Below are positions 31,561 through 40,956 of a stretch of DNA of 64,000 nt, piece after piece. The stretch is taken from positions 2,432,001 to 2,496,000 of the forward strand of contig OZ219856.1 in the NCBI GenBank assembly GCA_964291395.2, written 5' to 3'. The DNA is from Alphaproteobacteria bacterium (GTDB taxonomy: Bacteria; Pseudomonadota; Alphaproteobacteria; UBA2966). The position numbers and the translations under genes are program-made. Numbering within the stretch: the stretch's first letter is position 1; every line of letters starts with the position of its first letter. Below the pieces are notes generated by a model. That model saw only the letters and a program-made list of their open reading frames with translations, searched no databases and was not told the DNA's origin.

Positions 31561-32334
31561 ATGGAAAATGGAAAGGTCCTGGTGATCGTGCCCTTCCCCA
31601 TGAAGGAGGAACACTTGGCACTCCGCCGGGAGCAACACGCGTCCGGCGGTCTCGGCGTCCGGATCGAATTCGACTATCGGCCGGTGAAGGCGAGCGGACG
31701 CAACCTGATCAGCCCCTACGAATGGCCCATCGGCGAGACCGCCGTGCTGGAGGCCGGCCTGTCGGCCACGGAGGAAGGCTACGACGCGGTCTGCGTCGAC
31801 ACCACGGGTGATACCGGAGTCGCAGCGCTCCGCTCCGTTCTCGACATCCCGGTCATCGGGGCGGCGCGAACCTCGTTCCTGATGGCTATGCTGCTCGGGG
31901 ACAAGTTCTCGATCATCGCCATGTGGGACCGTTGGAACGACGCCTACCGTAGGACCGTCGACGAACTCGGCATCGGCCACAAGTTCGCCTCGGTGCGGGA
32001 TATCGGCGCGACGCCGGACAACCGCAGCCTGATGGCGGGCAAGGAAGACGCCTTTCCCGAACTCGAGGAAGCGGCCCGTCTCTGTGTCGAAGAGGATGGC
32101 GCCGACGTCATCTGCCTCGGCTCGACGACGATGCACAAGGCCCACGAGTACCTGAAGGATCGCCTGGAGGTTCCGCTGATCGATCCGGGACCCCTCACCT
32201 ACAGAATTGTCCAGGCTCTCTTCGGTCTGGGGCTTTCCCACAGCCGGCAGGCGTATCGCGGGCCGGTGACCCGCGTCGACGACATGATCGTCGCGATGGT
32301 TGCGAACGGTGCCGCCGTTGTAACGGAATCGTAG
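31561..32334 (+). CDS. Asp/Glu/hydantoin racemase-family protein lacking catalytic Cys pair
   Basis: EEGYDAVCVDTTGDTGVAALRSVLDIPVIGA; DGADVICLGSTTMH; VPLIDPG. Confidence 0.82.
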   Translation: MENGKVLVIVPFPMKEEHLALRREQHASGGLGVRIEFDYRPVKASGRNLISPYEWPIGETAVLEAGLSATEEGYDAVCVDTTGDTGVAALRSVLDIPVIGAARTSFLMAMLLGDKFSIIAMWDRWNDAYRRTVDELGIGHKFASVRDIGATPDNRSLMAGKEDAFPELEEAARLCVEEDGADVICLGSTTMHKAHEYLKDRLEVPLIDPGPLTYRIVQALFGLGLSHSRQAYRGPVTRVDDMIVAMVANGAAVVTES

Positions 32335-32384
32335 AGGTTTAAGGACGTCGATCGCCCGCCAGACCTCATATGAGTCGTGTGAGA

Positions 32385-33086
32385 TCAAACCCCCAAATAT
32401 CGGTGCTGGATGTCGAAGTTCCCTTTCAATTCTGCCGAAGAGCCCGACCACACGATACGGCCCTTCTCGATGACGTAGTGGCGGTCGGCAATGCGTGTCA
32501 GCGCTTCCACGTTCTTGTCGATGACGAGGATGGATTGGCCCGCCGCCTTGAGATGCTCGAGCACGCGCCAGATCTCCGCCCGGATGAGTGGAGCCAGCCC
32601 CTCCGTTGCCTCATCGAGAATGAGGAGGCGCGGATTGGTCATCAGCGCGCGGGCGATGGCCAGCATCTGCTGCTCTCCGCCGGATAGCTGATTGCCCATG
32701 TTCGTACGCCGCTCGGCCAGGGCGGGAAAAAGGTCGAACACCCGACCCAGCGACCAGGGACTGTCGCTCGCGGACCGGTTCGCGGCCGTCGCCACCAGGT
32801 TCTCGCGAACCGACAGATTCGGAAAGATCTGCCGGCCCTCGGGAACCAGACCGAGCCCGGCCCGTGCCACCTTGTAGGACGGCCACCCCGTGATGGGGAC
32901 GCCATCCAAGGCGATCGCGCCCGCGTGGGGACGGACGATTCCCATGATCGAGCTGATCGTGGTCGTCTTGCCCATCCCGTTCCGGCCCAACAGCGTGACC
33001 ACCTCGCCCGCCTCGACGCCAAGCGACACGCCGAACAGCGCCTGGCTCGGACCGTAGAAGGTTTCGATGTTCTCGACCGTCAGCAT
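32385..33086 (-). CDS. livF: Branched-chain-type ABC transporter ATP-binding protein LivF (orphan here)
   Basis: MLTVENIETFYG, GRNGMGKTT, VPEGRQIFPNLSVREN, LSGGEQQMLAIARAL, LDEATEGLAP; start re-called at 33086. Confidence 0.88.
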   Translation of the reverse strand: MLTVENIETFYGPSQALFGVSLGVEAGEVVTLLGRNGMGKTTTISSIMGIVRPHAGAIALDGVPITGWPSYKVARAGLGLVPEGRQIFPNLSVRENLVATAANRSASDSPWSLGRVFDLFPALAERRTNMGNQLSGGEQQMLAIARALMTNPRLLILDEATEGLAPLIRAEIWRVLEHLKAAGQSILVIDKNVEALTRIADRHYVIEKGRIVWSGSSAELKGNFDIQHRYLGV

Positions 33087-33165
33087 CGACCTGCACCATC
33101 CCGTGCGCGATGGAACGTCACGACAATATCCAGAACGCGGCACCGACCTGCAACGCCCGTGCCGC
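33087..33165. repeat. Imperfect direct repeat CGACCTGCA-N3/4-CCCGTGC x2
   Basis: Copies begin at 33087 and 33144 in the livF/msmA-like divergent spacer. Confidence 0.55.
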
Positions 33166-33242
33166 TTGGAGGGCGGTCGCGCTAGACCCGCGCCGGTGCT
33201 AGATTCGACTGAACGCACGATTGAGAATCCGCGGGAACCACC

Positions 33243-34433
33243 ATGCCGTCACGATCGGCCGCGACCTGGGAACGGCCCCCTCCTCTCCCCGACGGTCACT
33301 ACGTCAGTGGCCGCGTGTATCACGACGAACAGATTTTCGCCGAAGAGCGCGAACACATATTCAGGAAGGTGTGGCACTTCGTCTGTCACGAGAGCGAGGT
33401 GGCGGAAGCCTTCGATTTCCGCACCGTCGAGCGCGCCGACGTGCCGCTGATAGTGGTCCGGAGCGAAGACGGCCGCATCCGCACTTTCATCAACGTCTGC
33501 TCCCACCGCGGCGCGCGGGTGGCGATGGAGCCCGGCGGCAACGCCCGCACCTTCACCTGCTTCTACCATCACTGGACATACGACACCGAGGGGTCCTGCG
33601 TCTCCATGCCGCGCCCCGAGGGCTACGACCATACTCCGATTCGCAAGGAGGACATGGGACTGCGAGAGGTGAAGACGGATGTGAAATGGGGCTTCGTCTT
33701 TGTCAACCTCGACGACGACTGCGCGCCGCTCGACGATTTCCTCGGCGGGGCCCTCGACATCTTCGATCGGGTTCTGCCCAACGCGGAGCTCGAGGTGTTC
33801 CACTATCACCGCGCCGAGATCGACGCCAACTGGAAGGCCTATCAGGAGACCATCGTCGATCTCTACCACGAGTTCATGCACGTGATCCTGCGCGACACCC
33901 AGATGCCCGCCGCGAGCATGGACGACCGCGAGATGCGCACCTACGCGAACGGTCATGTCACCATCGCCGGACTCAAGGCGGACTACGAGAAGTACGTGGG
34001 TTGGAGCCACCGCGACGACTCGACGTGCTTCCCCGGCCTCGAGCCGGACGACGCCCGATTCGCGCCGCTCTTTCCCGCCCAGACCTTCATCACGCGGGGC
34101 ACGGTCATGCGGGTCGACACGGTGCAGCCGGTCACGGCCCACAAATGCCTGATCGAGTCCCGCGGGCTCGGCCTGAAGGGCGAGTCGCCGGAAGACCGCA
34201 TGATGCGGATCGACCAGCACAACGAGTATTGGGGCCCGTTCGGCCGCAACGTTACGGAGGACGCGTTCGCCGCCGAGGGTTGCGAGATCTCGTTCGGCAA
34301 GGGTGCGGCACTGCGCGGCATAATCGCCCGCGACGAAGGCGGCAAGGGCCAGTGCGACTCGGGCCTCCGCGGGTTCTGGGCGGAATGGAGTCGGCGCATG
34401 GGCCGCCCGGCGAGCCACCCGACCAACGACTGA
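33243..34433 (+). CDS. Methanesulfonate monooxygenase-like Rieske hydroxylase alpha subunit (MsmA-like, divergent)
   Basis: CSH-x17-CFYH; MsmA-type blocks LEVFHYH, YHEFMH, NGHV, RI..HN..WGPFGRN..ED, AEWSRRMG. Confidence 0.8.
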   Translation: MPSRSAATWERPPPLPDGHYVSGRVYHDEQIFAEEREHIFRKVWHFVCHESEVAEAFDFRTVERADVPLIVVRSEDGRIRTFINVCSHRGARVAMEPGGNARTFTCFYHHWTYDTEGSCVSMPRPEGYDHTPIRKEDMGLREVKTDVKWGFVFVNLDDDCAPLDDFLGGALDIFDRVLPNAELEVFHYHRAEIDANWKAYQETIVDLYHEFMHVILRDTQMPAASMDDREMRTYANGHVTIAGLKADYEKYVGWSHRDDSTCFPGLEPDDARFAPLFPAQTFITRGTVMRVDTVQPVTAHKCLIESRGLGLKGESPEDRMMRIDQHNEYWGPFGRNVTEDAFAAEGCEISFGKGAALRGIIARDEGGKGQCDSGLRGFWAEWSRRMGRPASHPTND

Positions 34434-34443
34434 CCGCGCCTCC

Positions 34444-34905
34444 GTGTCCGCCAGTAACGACGCCATCCGCGAGCTGATCTATCGCTCGTGCCGTTGTCTG
34501 GATACCCACGACTTCGACGGCTACATCGCGCTTTGCGCGCCAGCGTTCCGCTACCGGATAACGGTCTATAGCCCCGAGCTGCGCAAGGAGATGATCTGGC
34601 TCAACCACGACCGGGACCGGCTCGCCACGCTGCTGTCCGCCGTGCCCCGTCACCTGGCGCGCCTCGGGTCCCTGCAGCGCAACGCGACCGTCTACATCAT
34701 CGAGCGGGATGGAACCGAGGGACCGGCCCGGGTCACGTCGGCTTTTTCGGTCTTCAACATCGACAACGAAGGCCGGCCCAGCGTCTTCGCCGTCGGGCAT
34801 TATCACGACACGATCGACGTCGGCGGCGAGCGGCCGCTGCTCGTCGCGCGCAACGCCCGCCTCGCGTCCCGCGACCTCGGCATCGGCTCCCACGTCCCCA
34901 TTTGA
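34444..34905 (+). CDS. MsmB-like hydroxylase beta subunit (NTF2 fold)
   Basis: ELIYRSC..LD..DF, FRY.I..YSPELRKEMIWLNHD, R.ATVY, FAVG.Y.D, LGIGSHVPI. Confidence 0.8.
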   Translation: MSASNDAIRELIYRSCRCLDTHDFDGYIALCAPAFRYRITVYSPELRKEMIWLNHDRDRLATLLSAVPRHLARLGSLQRNATVYIIERDGTEGPARVTSAFSVFNIDNEGRPSVFAVGHYHDTIDVGGERPLLVARNARLASRDLGIGSHVPI

Positions 34906-34974
34906 GCGCCCGGCGCCGGGCCGCTAGATTGCCCTGTCCGCCCGATACCGACACGTCGAGTTCGAGATGACACC

Positions 34975-35700
34975 ATGAGCCGAACCGCCATCGTCACCGG
35001 CGCGAGCCGGGGCATTGGTCGCGCCATCACAGAACGTCTCATCGGAGAGGGCTGGCGCATCTACAACTTCGACCGCGAGCCGCCCAGTGAACGCCAGGAC
35101 CTTCGGGACCAATGGGTCGAGGTCGACCTGACCGAGTCGGTTTCCCTCGAGGAGGCGCTCGACCGCATCCTCGCGGAGGGGCCAGTGCTCGGCGTGGTGA
35201 ACAATGCGGGAATCGTCGGCCGCCAGTCGATCGATGAATTCACGCCGGAGGTATTCGACCGGGTGCTCGCCACCAACACGCGCAGCGCCGGACAGATCGT
35301 TCGGGCCGTCGTGCCGGGCATGCGCGAGGCGCGATTCGGGCGCATCGTCAATATCTCAAGCCGCGCCAGCCTGGGCAAGCACGACCGCAGCTCCTATGCC
35401 GCCGCCAAGGCCGGACTGATCGCCATGTCAAAGGTCTGGACGCTCGAACTCGCCGGCGACGGCATCACCTGCAATGCCATCGGTCCCGGTCCCATCAAGA
35501 CCCAACTGTGGATGGCCGCCAATCCTCCCGACGATCCCCGCACGACGGCGCTCGTCGAGAGCGTGCCGGTGGGCCGCATGGGCGAACCGCAGGACATCGC
35601 CAACGCGGTCGCCTTCTTCATGGACGAACGCTCGGGCTTCGTCACCGGGCAGATCCTGTACGTCTGCGGCGGCATCACCGTGGCCCGAGGCGGCGCCTGA
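34975..35700 (+). CDS. Short-chain dehydrogenase/reductase
   Basis: TGASRGIG, NNAG, YxxxK (YAAAK), GFVTGQ. Confidence 0.9.
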   Translation: MSRTAIVTGASRGIGRAITERLIGEGWRIYNFDREPPSERQDLRDQWVEVDLTESVSLEEALDRILAEGPVLGVVNNAGIVGRQSIDEFTPEVFDRVLATNTRSAGQIVRAVVPGMREARFGRIVNISSRASLGKHDRSSYAAAKAGLIAMSKVWTLELAGDGITCNAIGPGPIKTQLWMAANPPDDPRTTALVESVPVGRMGEPQDIANAVAFFMDERSGFVTGQILYVCGGITVARGGA

Positions 35701-35735
35701 CTACGGCCGAGCGCTGGCGGGAGCGAAGGGGCGCG

Positions 35736-37139
35736 TCAATTCAGGTAGCCGAGGAAACGCCACCAGAGATAGCTGACAGGCGCGAGCACGAGGAGACCTG
35801 TCAGGCCCACCGCGAGGCACGTCCGCGTGAGCTGCGCGTTGGGCACGTTGCAAACCGCGCCCACGATTAGCAGAGGTCCCATCTGGTAGGGCAGCAGGTA
35901 GTTCGAATACCCGACCGCGTGCATGTTCAGGACGGTCGCCACCGGAAGCCCCGAAGCCTCCGCGATGCTCCCCGAAAGAGGCACCATGACGGCCGCGATA
36001 CCCGGCGCCGTGATGAGGAACTGGACCATCGTATCGATCAAGATCACCGCCGCGAACGTCATGAGGTCGTGGCCCGGTTCGAAAGCGACGGCGGCGTGAA
36101 GTTCCCGCCCGATGATCTCGCCGAGTCCGACATGGTCCACCAAGGCCCCGACCCCGAGGATGGCGGCGGTAAGGAAGATGGGGACGAAATTGATGTTGCC
36201 GGCGAAGATAGTTCGGGGCAGCACGCCTATGACCGGCAACATGCAAGCCAGCGCTGCCGCCAGGGCGATCCAAGCTGGCGAGACCTGATGCGCGAAATCG
36301 GTCATCCAGGCCAACAGTGCCAGTACGAGGAACAGCCCCAGACGCTTCTCGTCCGCCGAGGCTGGCGCATCTGTCGTCCCTTGGTCGGAGAATGTCGGGC
36401 GGTCGGGGAACATCACCACGATCACCCCGACGATCAGCAGCGCCTTGAGCACGCCCAGCGTCGGAAAATGCAGCAGCAGGTAGGGTCCATAGGTCAGCAC
36501 GACTCCGTAGACGCTTTCCGCCCCGCCCATCAGCACCAGATTCGGCACGTTTGCCGGCAGGATCCCGGCCGCAGGCGACGAGGTCCCGAACCCCATGGCC
36601 AGCACGATTCCGAGATAGCCGTTGCTTCCCGGCTGGAAGCCGAGCCGCTCGGCCAGCGCCATCGCGATCGGAGCCAGCAGGACGATCCGCCCCATGCTCG
36701 AGGGCATGAGAAACGCCAGCACGACGCCGACGGTAACCATGCCGGCGATCACGCCGGCGTAACCGAAGGTGAAGCGCCGGGCGAACGCGTTGGCGATGCG
36801 CGCGCCGAGCCCCGTGGTCTGCACTGCGGCGCCGATCACCAAGCCACCGAAGACCGTCCAGTTCGCCGTGGAATGGAACCCGGAAAAGACAACCTCGGCG
36901 GGCGCCACGACCAGCAGCATGGCCAGAAGGAAGAACAGGAGAGAGGTCAGGATCTCCGGGATGATGGCCGTCGCCCACAACGCCAGCACCGCCACGATCA
37001 GCGCCGCGCTGTTGGCCTGGTTGACGCCGAGATCGAAGGGCCGTGCGACGGCGATCCAGAGGGCGGCCGCGCCGGCCGCGGCCGCGACGACATGGCGCAG
37101 GCGGAATACGTCCATGGGAACCCGAACCACGCCGTTCAC
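35736..37139 (-). CDS. SLC13/DASS anion:cation symporter family permease
   Basis: Many TM segments, LWATAIIPE, FLMPSSMGR, ILPANVPN, LPYQ; start may be 37115. Confidence 0.8.
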   Translation of the reverse strand: MNGVVRVPMDVFRLRHVVAAAAGAAALWIAVARPFDLGVNQANSAALIVAVLALWATAIIPEILTSLLFFLLAMLLVVAPAEVVFSGFHSTANWTVFGGLVIGAAVQTTGLGARIANAFARRFTFGYAGVIAGMVTVGVVLAFLMPSSMGRIVLLAPIAMALAERLGFQPGSNGYLGIVLAMGFGTSSPAAGILPANVPNLVLMGGAESVYGVVLTYGPYLLLHFPTLGVLKALLIVGVIVVMFPDRPTFSDQGTTDAPASADEKRLGLFLVLALLAWMTDFAHQVSPAWIALAAALACMLPVIGVLPRTIFAGNINFVPIFLTAAILGVGALVDHVGLGEIIGRELHAAVAFEPGHDLMTFAAVILIDTMVQFLITAPGIAAVMVPLSGSIAEASGLPVATVLNMHAVGYSNYLLPYQMGPLLIVGAVCNVPNAQLTRTCLAVGLTGLLVLAPVSYLWWRFLGYLN

Positions 37140-37221
37140 GCCGGCCGGCTCGCGATACGTTTGCGCCGGGGGCGTGCCAGAGACGGTGTAGGGGGGCTTC
37201 CGGTCCGGGACTTGTTGGAGT

Positions 37222-37509
37222 TCAAGAGATCCTGGGGTTCAGCAAGAGCGGAAGCCAGGGCGCCGGCGGCAGGCAACCATCCCCCATGGGGAAAGGCTTG
37301 CCGTTCCGGTCGACCGGCGGTTTCGAGTTCAGCCGGTCGTAATAGCGCTGTATGTGAATCGGGTTCGTCTTGTCGAACGGCTCGACCAGCCGTTCCGGCC
37401 TGGACATCGAGCCCATGGCCGGTTCGGCCTCGTCCGCGAGCGCGGGCCCTGCGGCGGCCAGGGTCAGACAGAACAGCGCGAGGACCGCGCGCCGGACAGG
37501 CATCACCAT
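37222..37509 (-). CDS. Small hypothetical secreted protein
   Basis: Signal peptide ending PALA; no recognised domain. Confidence 0.45.
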   Translation of the reverse strand: MVMPVRRAVLALFCLTLAAAGPALADEAEPAMGSMSRPERLVEPFDKTNPIHIQRYYDRLNSKPPVDRNGKPFPMGDGCLPPAPWLPLLLNPRIS

Positions 37510-37611
37510 TGTGTTCCCGTGGTTCCCATAAGTCGTTGCATCCTAGGGATGTCCGCCTCGCGGCACAATTCGGGAATTCGCGGGAAGCCTTCGCCCGTTC
37601 AGCCGTTGGCG

Positions 37612-37656
37612 GACAAGCCCCCGGAGAGCGCCTTGCCCGACAAGCGGCCGGAGAGC
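37612..37656. repeat. 18-bp direct repeat GACAAGC(CC/GG)CCGGAGAGC x2, 27-bp period
   Basis: 37612-37629 and 37639-37656, 16/18 identical, upstream of osmC-like gene. Confidence 0.7.
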
Positions 37657-37761
37657 TCCCGCCGTCCCGTCCGTCGTGAACCGGGTCATTGATTTCGCCG
37701 GTCGAAACGTCGACGATGGTCCGGCGGCACACGTTCCGAAACGACCAAGGGAAGCACGGAC

Positions 37762-38286
37762 ATGCAGTTCCGGATGAAGCAGGTGTTCGACAGCTCGCGG
37801 GAGAAGCTGCGCGAAAAGCCGTCGCGCGGCCTGATGTCGGCGACCGTCGAGAGCCGGCAGGTCGACGGCTTCGAAAGCCACGTCTCCATTCGCGATTTCA
37901 CCATCGTGGCGGATGAGCCCAGGAATTTCGGCGGCGGGGACAAGGGCCCGAAGCCCTCGGAGATCCTGCTGTCGGCCCTGGCCGCCTGCCAGGAGGTGAC
38001 CTACCGGCTCTACGCCGACGCCATGGAGATTCCGCTGCGGAGCGTTTCCGTCACGGTGACGGGAGAGGCCGACCTGCGCGGTTTCGTCGACGTGGACGGC
38101 ATTCGCGCCGGCCTGCAGCGGGTGACCGGCACGGTGACCCTGGACACGCCGGCTGGTCCGGAAGACATCCGGCGCCTGCGGGCCAGGGTCGACGCCCACT
38201 GCCCGGTGCTCGACTCGCTCCAGACGCCGATCGAGGTCAGCCTGGACCTTGAGGTCACGAACTCGGAACGGCAGGCAGCGGAGTAG
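37762..38286 (+). CDS. OsmC/Ohr-family protein
   Basis: DEP..FGG.D.GP.P.E.LL.ALAAC and HCPV (two-Cys pattern). Confidence 0.88.
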   Translation: MQFRMKQVFDSSREKLREKPSRGLMSATVESRQVDGFESHVSIRDFTIVADEPRNFGGGDKGPKPSEILLSALAACQEVTYRLYADAMEIPLRSVSVTVTGEADLRGFVDVDGIRAGLQRVTGTVTLDTPAGPEDIRRLRARVDAHCPVLDSLQTPIEVSLDLEVTNSERQAAE

Positions 38287-38317
38287 CAGCCCTCATCGTC
38301 GTCTGTAGCCGCACGAC

Positions 38318-38401
38318 ATCAGCAACGGCGACCTGAACCGGATTTCGAACTACATTTGGGGCATCGCCGACGACGTCCTGCGCTACCTCTACGTGCGCGG
38401 C
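38318..38401 (+). pseudogene. 5' relic of type I restriction-modification HsdM
   Basis: Not in the ORF track; translates ISNGDLNRISNYIWGIADDVLRYLYVRG, matching the HsdM N-terminus (..LNWIANFIWGIADDVLRD.YVRGKY); ATC in place of a start codon. Confidence 0.7.
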
Positions 38402-38582
38402 GGCGGTCGGGCGGCCCGGAACATGGCGGTTCACCGCACCAGAGAATGCCGGCCTCAGGAGGCCGCGTGTGGCACACGCGGGGTCGAGTTTGCTACAACG
38501 GGCCGCGCCGCCCCCGGGCAGCGTCTGAGTTCCTGTCGTAAAGGCCCTTCCAGCCGTACGTCACGTACGAGAAGGAGGATGG

Positions 38583-39848
38583 ATGTCCCAGTTGGTCAAT
38601 CCCCATGGCGGGGGTGCCCTGAAACCGCTGCTGGCACCCGAATCGGAGCGTGCGGCCGGCCTCGAACGGGCCGGATCCCTCAAACGCGTCCCGCTCACGA
38701 GCCGCGAGGTGTCAGACTTCCTGATGCTGGCGATGGGCGCCTATACGCCGCTCGACGGCTTCATGGGACATGACGACTGGCGCGGCGCCTGCGTCGACAT
38801 GAGGCTTGCCGACGGCACCTTCTGGCCCATTCCCATCACGCTTTCCTGCGAACGGTCCCTCGCCGATTCGATCAGCGACGGCGAGGAAGTCGCGCTCGTG
38901 GACGCGGACTCGAACGAGGTGCTGGGCACGCTCGCCGTCGAGGAGAAGTACACCATCGACCGGAAGCTGGAATGCAACAGCGTCTTCCGCACGACCGATC
39001 CTGGTCACCCCGGCGTTCAGAAGGTCGTGGCCCAGCCCGAGGTCAATCTCGCGGGCCCCGTCGTCGCCTTCAGCGAGAGCCGCTATCCCCAAACCTACGA
39101 GGGCCTCTATTACCGCCCCGACGAAACCCGCAGGCTGTTCCGGGAGAGAGGCTGGTCGCGGGTGGCGGCATTCCAGACCCGCAACCCCATGCACCGCAGT
39201 CACGAGTTTCTCGCCAAGATCGCGGTCGAGGTCTGCGACGGCGTGCTGATCCATCAGGTCCTCGGCGCGCTCAAGCCCGGCGACATTCCCGCCGGCGTCC
39301 GGGTCGAAGCCATCGACAAGCTGGTGGAGAGCTACTTCGCGCCCGGCACCGCGATCCAGGCGGGCTATCCCATCGAGATGCGCTATGCCGGACCGCGAGA
39401 GGCGCTGCTCCATGCCCTCTTCCGCCAAAACTTCGGCTGCTCCCACCTCGTCGTGGGCCGCGATCATGCCGGCGTCGGCGATTACTACGGGCCGTTCGAC
39501 GCCCAAGACGTCTTCGACGAACTCGGACCCGGCGACCTGGAGATCCGGCCTCTCAAGATCGACGTCACCTTCTTCTGTCACAAGTGCGAGGGCATGGCGA
39601 CGGGCAAGACTTGTTACGATCCGGGCGACGGCGACCCGCCGGACGAGGCGGCCCGCATCGCCTTCGCCGCGGAGGTGGCGACCGGCGCGGCCGAGGCCCG
39701 GCCCTGCGCCCACGGGCCCGAGACCAAACTCTCGATCTCCGGCACCCGTCTGCGCGAGATGTTCGCTAACCATGAGACCGTGCCCGAGGAGTTCAGCCGC
39801 CGGGAGGTTCTCGAGGTCCTCCAGGCCTACTACGACGGCTTGGCGTAA
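38583..39848 (+). CDS. sat: Sulfate adenylyltransferase (dissimilatory-type ATP sulfurylase)
   Basis: [61 protein letters not shown]. Confidence 0.96.
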   Translation: MSQLVNPHGGGALKPLLAPESERAAGLERAGSLKRVPLTSREVSDFLMLAMGAYTPLDGFMGHDDWRGACVDMRLADGTFWPIPITLSCERSLADSISDGEEVALVDADSNEVLGTLAVEEKYTIDRKLECNSVFRTTDPGHPGVQKVVAQPEVNLAGPVVAFSESRYPQTYEGLYYRPDETRRLFRERGWSRVAAFQTRNPMHRSHEFLAKIAVEVCDGVLIHQVLGALKPGDIPAGVRVEAIDKLVESYFAPGTAIQAGYPIEMRYAGPREALLHALFRQNFGCSHLVVGRDHAGVGDYYGPFDAQDVFDELGPGDLEIRPLKIDVTFFCHKCEGMATGKTCYDPGDGDPPDEAARIAFAAEVATGAAEARPCAHGPETKLSISGTRLREMFANHETVPEEFSRREVLEVLQAYYDGLA

Positions 39849-40171
39849 CGAGGCGGCCGCGCCTTTTCCCGGCCCATCGGCTTGACAAAGTCCCGCTTCT
39901 CAAACTACTCAACACTCACAATCCGGGGTTCGCCAGGCGCGGCCGCGCTCGCGGCGGAACCACGGGTGCATGTAGGGTATCGACTTTCCGGACAGGGCAA
40001 TCCCCGTCGCGTATGGACTTTGACTTTTACATTGCCGGTCGCGCCGACCGCGGACCGGTATTCGGTCGGAGACCACGCTCAACCGTCATCGGGGGCTGGC
40101 GCCTGAGGCGGACTCGCTGACGGTCCTCGGGTCCCTGCGGCAATCGAACTGGCTACCATCGGGGTGCTTTG

Positions 40172-40924
40172 ATGTTCAGCGTTAATCCCTTTGCCGAAAT
40201 CTCGGCGACCATATCGCCCGCCGTCATGCAGTGGTACATCATCGTGATGGCCCTGTTCGTGGCGGGCGGCACGCTCTTCGACATGGTCCACAAGAAGAGC
40301 GCCCGCTACTTCTTCCAGGACTGGAAGGCCAAGAAGAAACGCGCGACCAAGCCGCTCGGCGGCGGCGAGATGGTCTCACTCGCGGTCGAGACCGCCGTGG
40401 TCGACGTGCTCGCCTCGGGCGAGTTCTGCAAGGTGCCGCGCCGCATCGCGCACCTGCTGTCGTTTTACGGCTTCCTGGCCTACCTCATCGCCACTGTCGT
40501 CATGGTGTTCTCGTACCCGACCAAAGAGATGGCCACCCCCGCCTGGCTACCCAACATCTGGTACCTCGGCGCCGCGCTGGTCATGGTGGGCGGCTATTGG
40601 TTCTGGTTCTTCATCCGGGTCGACGTCGCCAAGGAGGAGCACTCGCCCTTCCGCCTGGTGCACGCCGACCTTTTCGTCGTTTCGCTGCTGGCCAGCGTCA
40701 CGCTCGGCTTCATTTGGGGCCTGACCCAGGCCGCCGGCGACGCCGGCTGGGCCAACTTCTTCCTGGCGATCTACGTCATCGCCAATACGGTGCTCTTCGT
40801 CGGCGTGCCGTGGTCCAAGTTTTCCCACATGTTCTACAAGCCCGCGGCGGCCTTCCAGAAGAAGGTCGAGGAGGCGGACGGCTCGACCAACATGCCGCCC
40901 CCCGCAGACCGACCCCTTCTCTAG
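40172..40924 (+). CDS. aprM: APS reductase membrane anchor AprM
   Basis: NPFAE, HKKSARYFF, SGEFC...RRIAHLL, GGYWFWFFIRVDV, VPWSKFSHMFYKPAAAFQK; between sat and aprB. Confidence 0.9.
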   Translation: MFSVNPFAEISATISPAVMQWYIIVMALFVAGGTLFDMVHKKSARYFFQDWKAKKKRATKPLGGGEMVSLAVETAVVDVLASGEFCKVPRRIAHLLSFYGFLAYLIATVVMVFSYPTKEMATPAWLPNIWYLGAALVMVGGYWFWFFIRVDVAKEEHSPFRLVHADLFVVSLLASVTLGFIWGLTQAAGDAGWANFFLAIYVIANTVLFVGVPWSKFSHMFYKPAAAFQKKVEEADGSTNMPPPADRPLL

Positions 40925-40956
40925 AAGCGACACCGCCAATCCAGGAGCGTACCGGC

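Noticed and set aside
37612-37700. Twin GGAGAG motifs suggesting a tandem glycine riboswitch
   Set aside because: The GAAG/GCAA and CTCTCAGG core elements are missing and the spacing is too short
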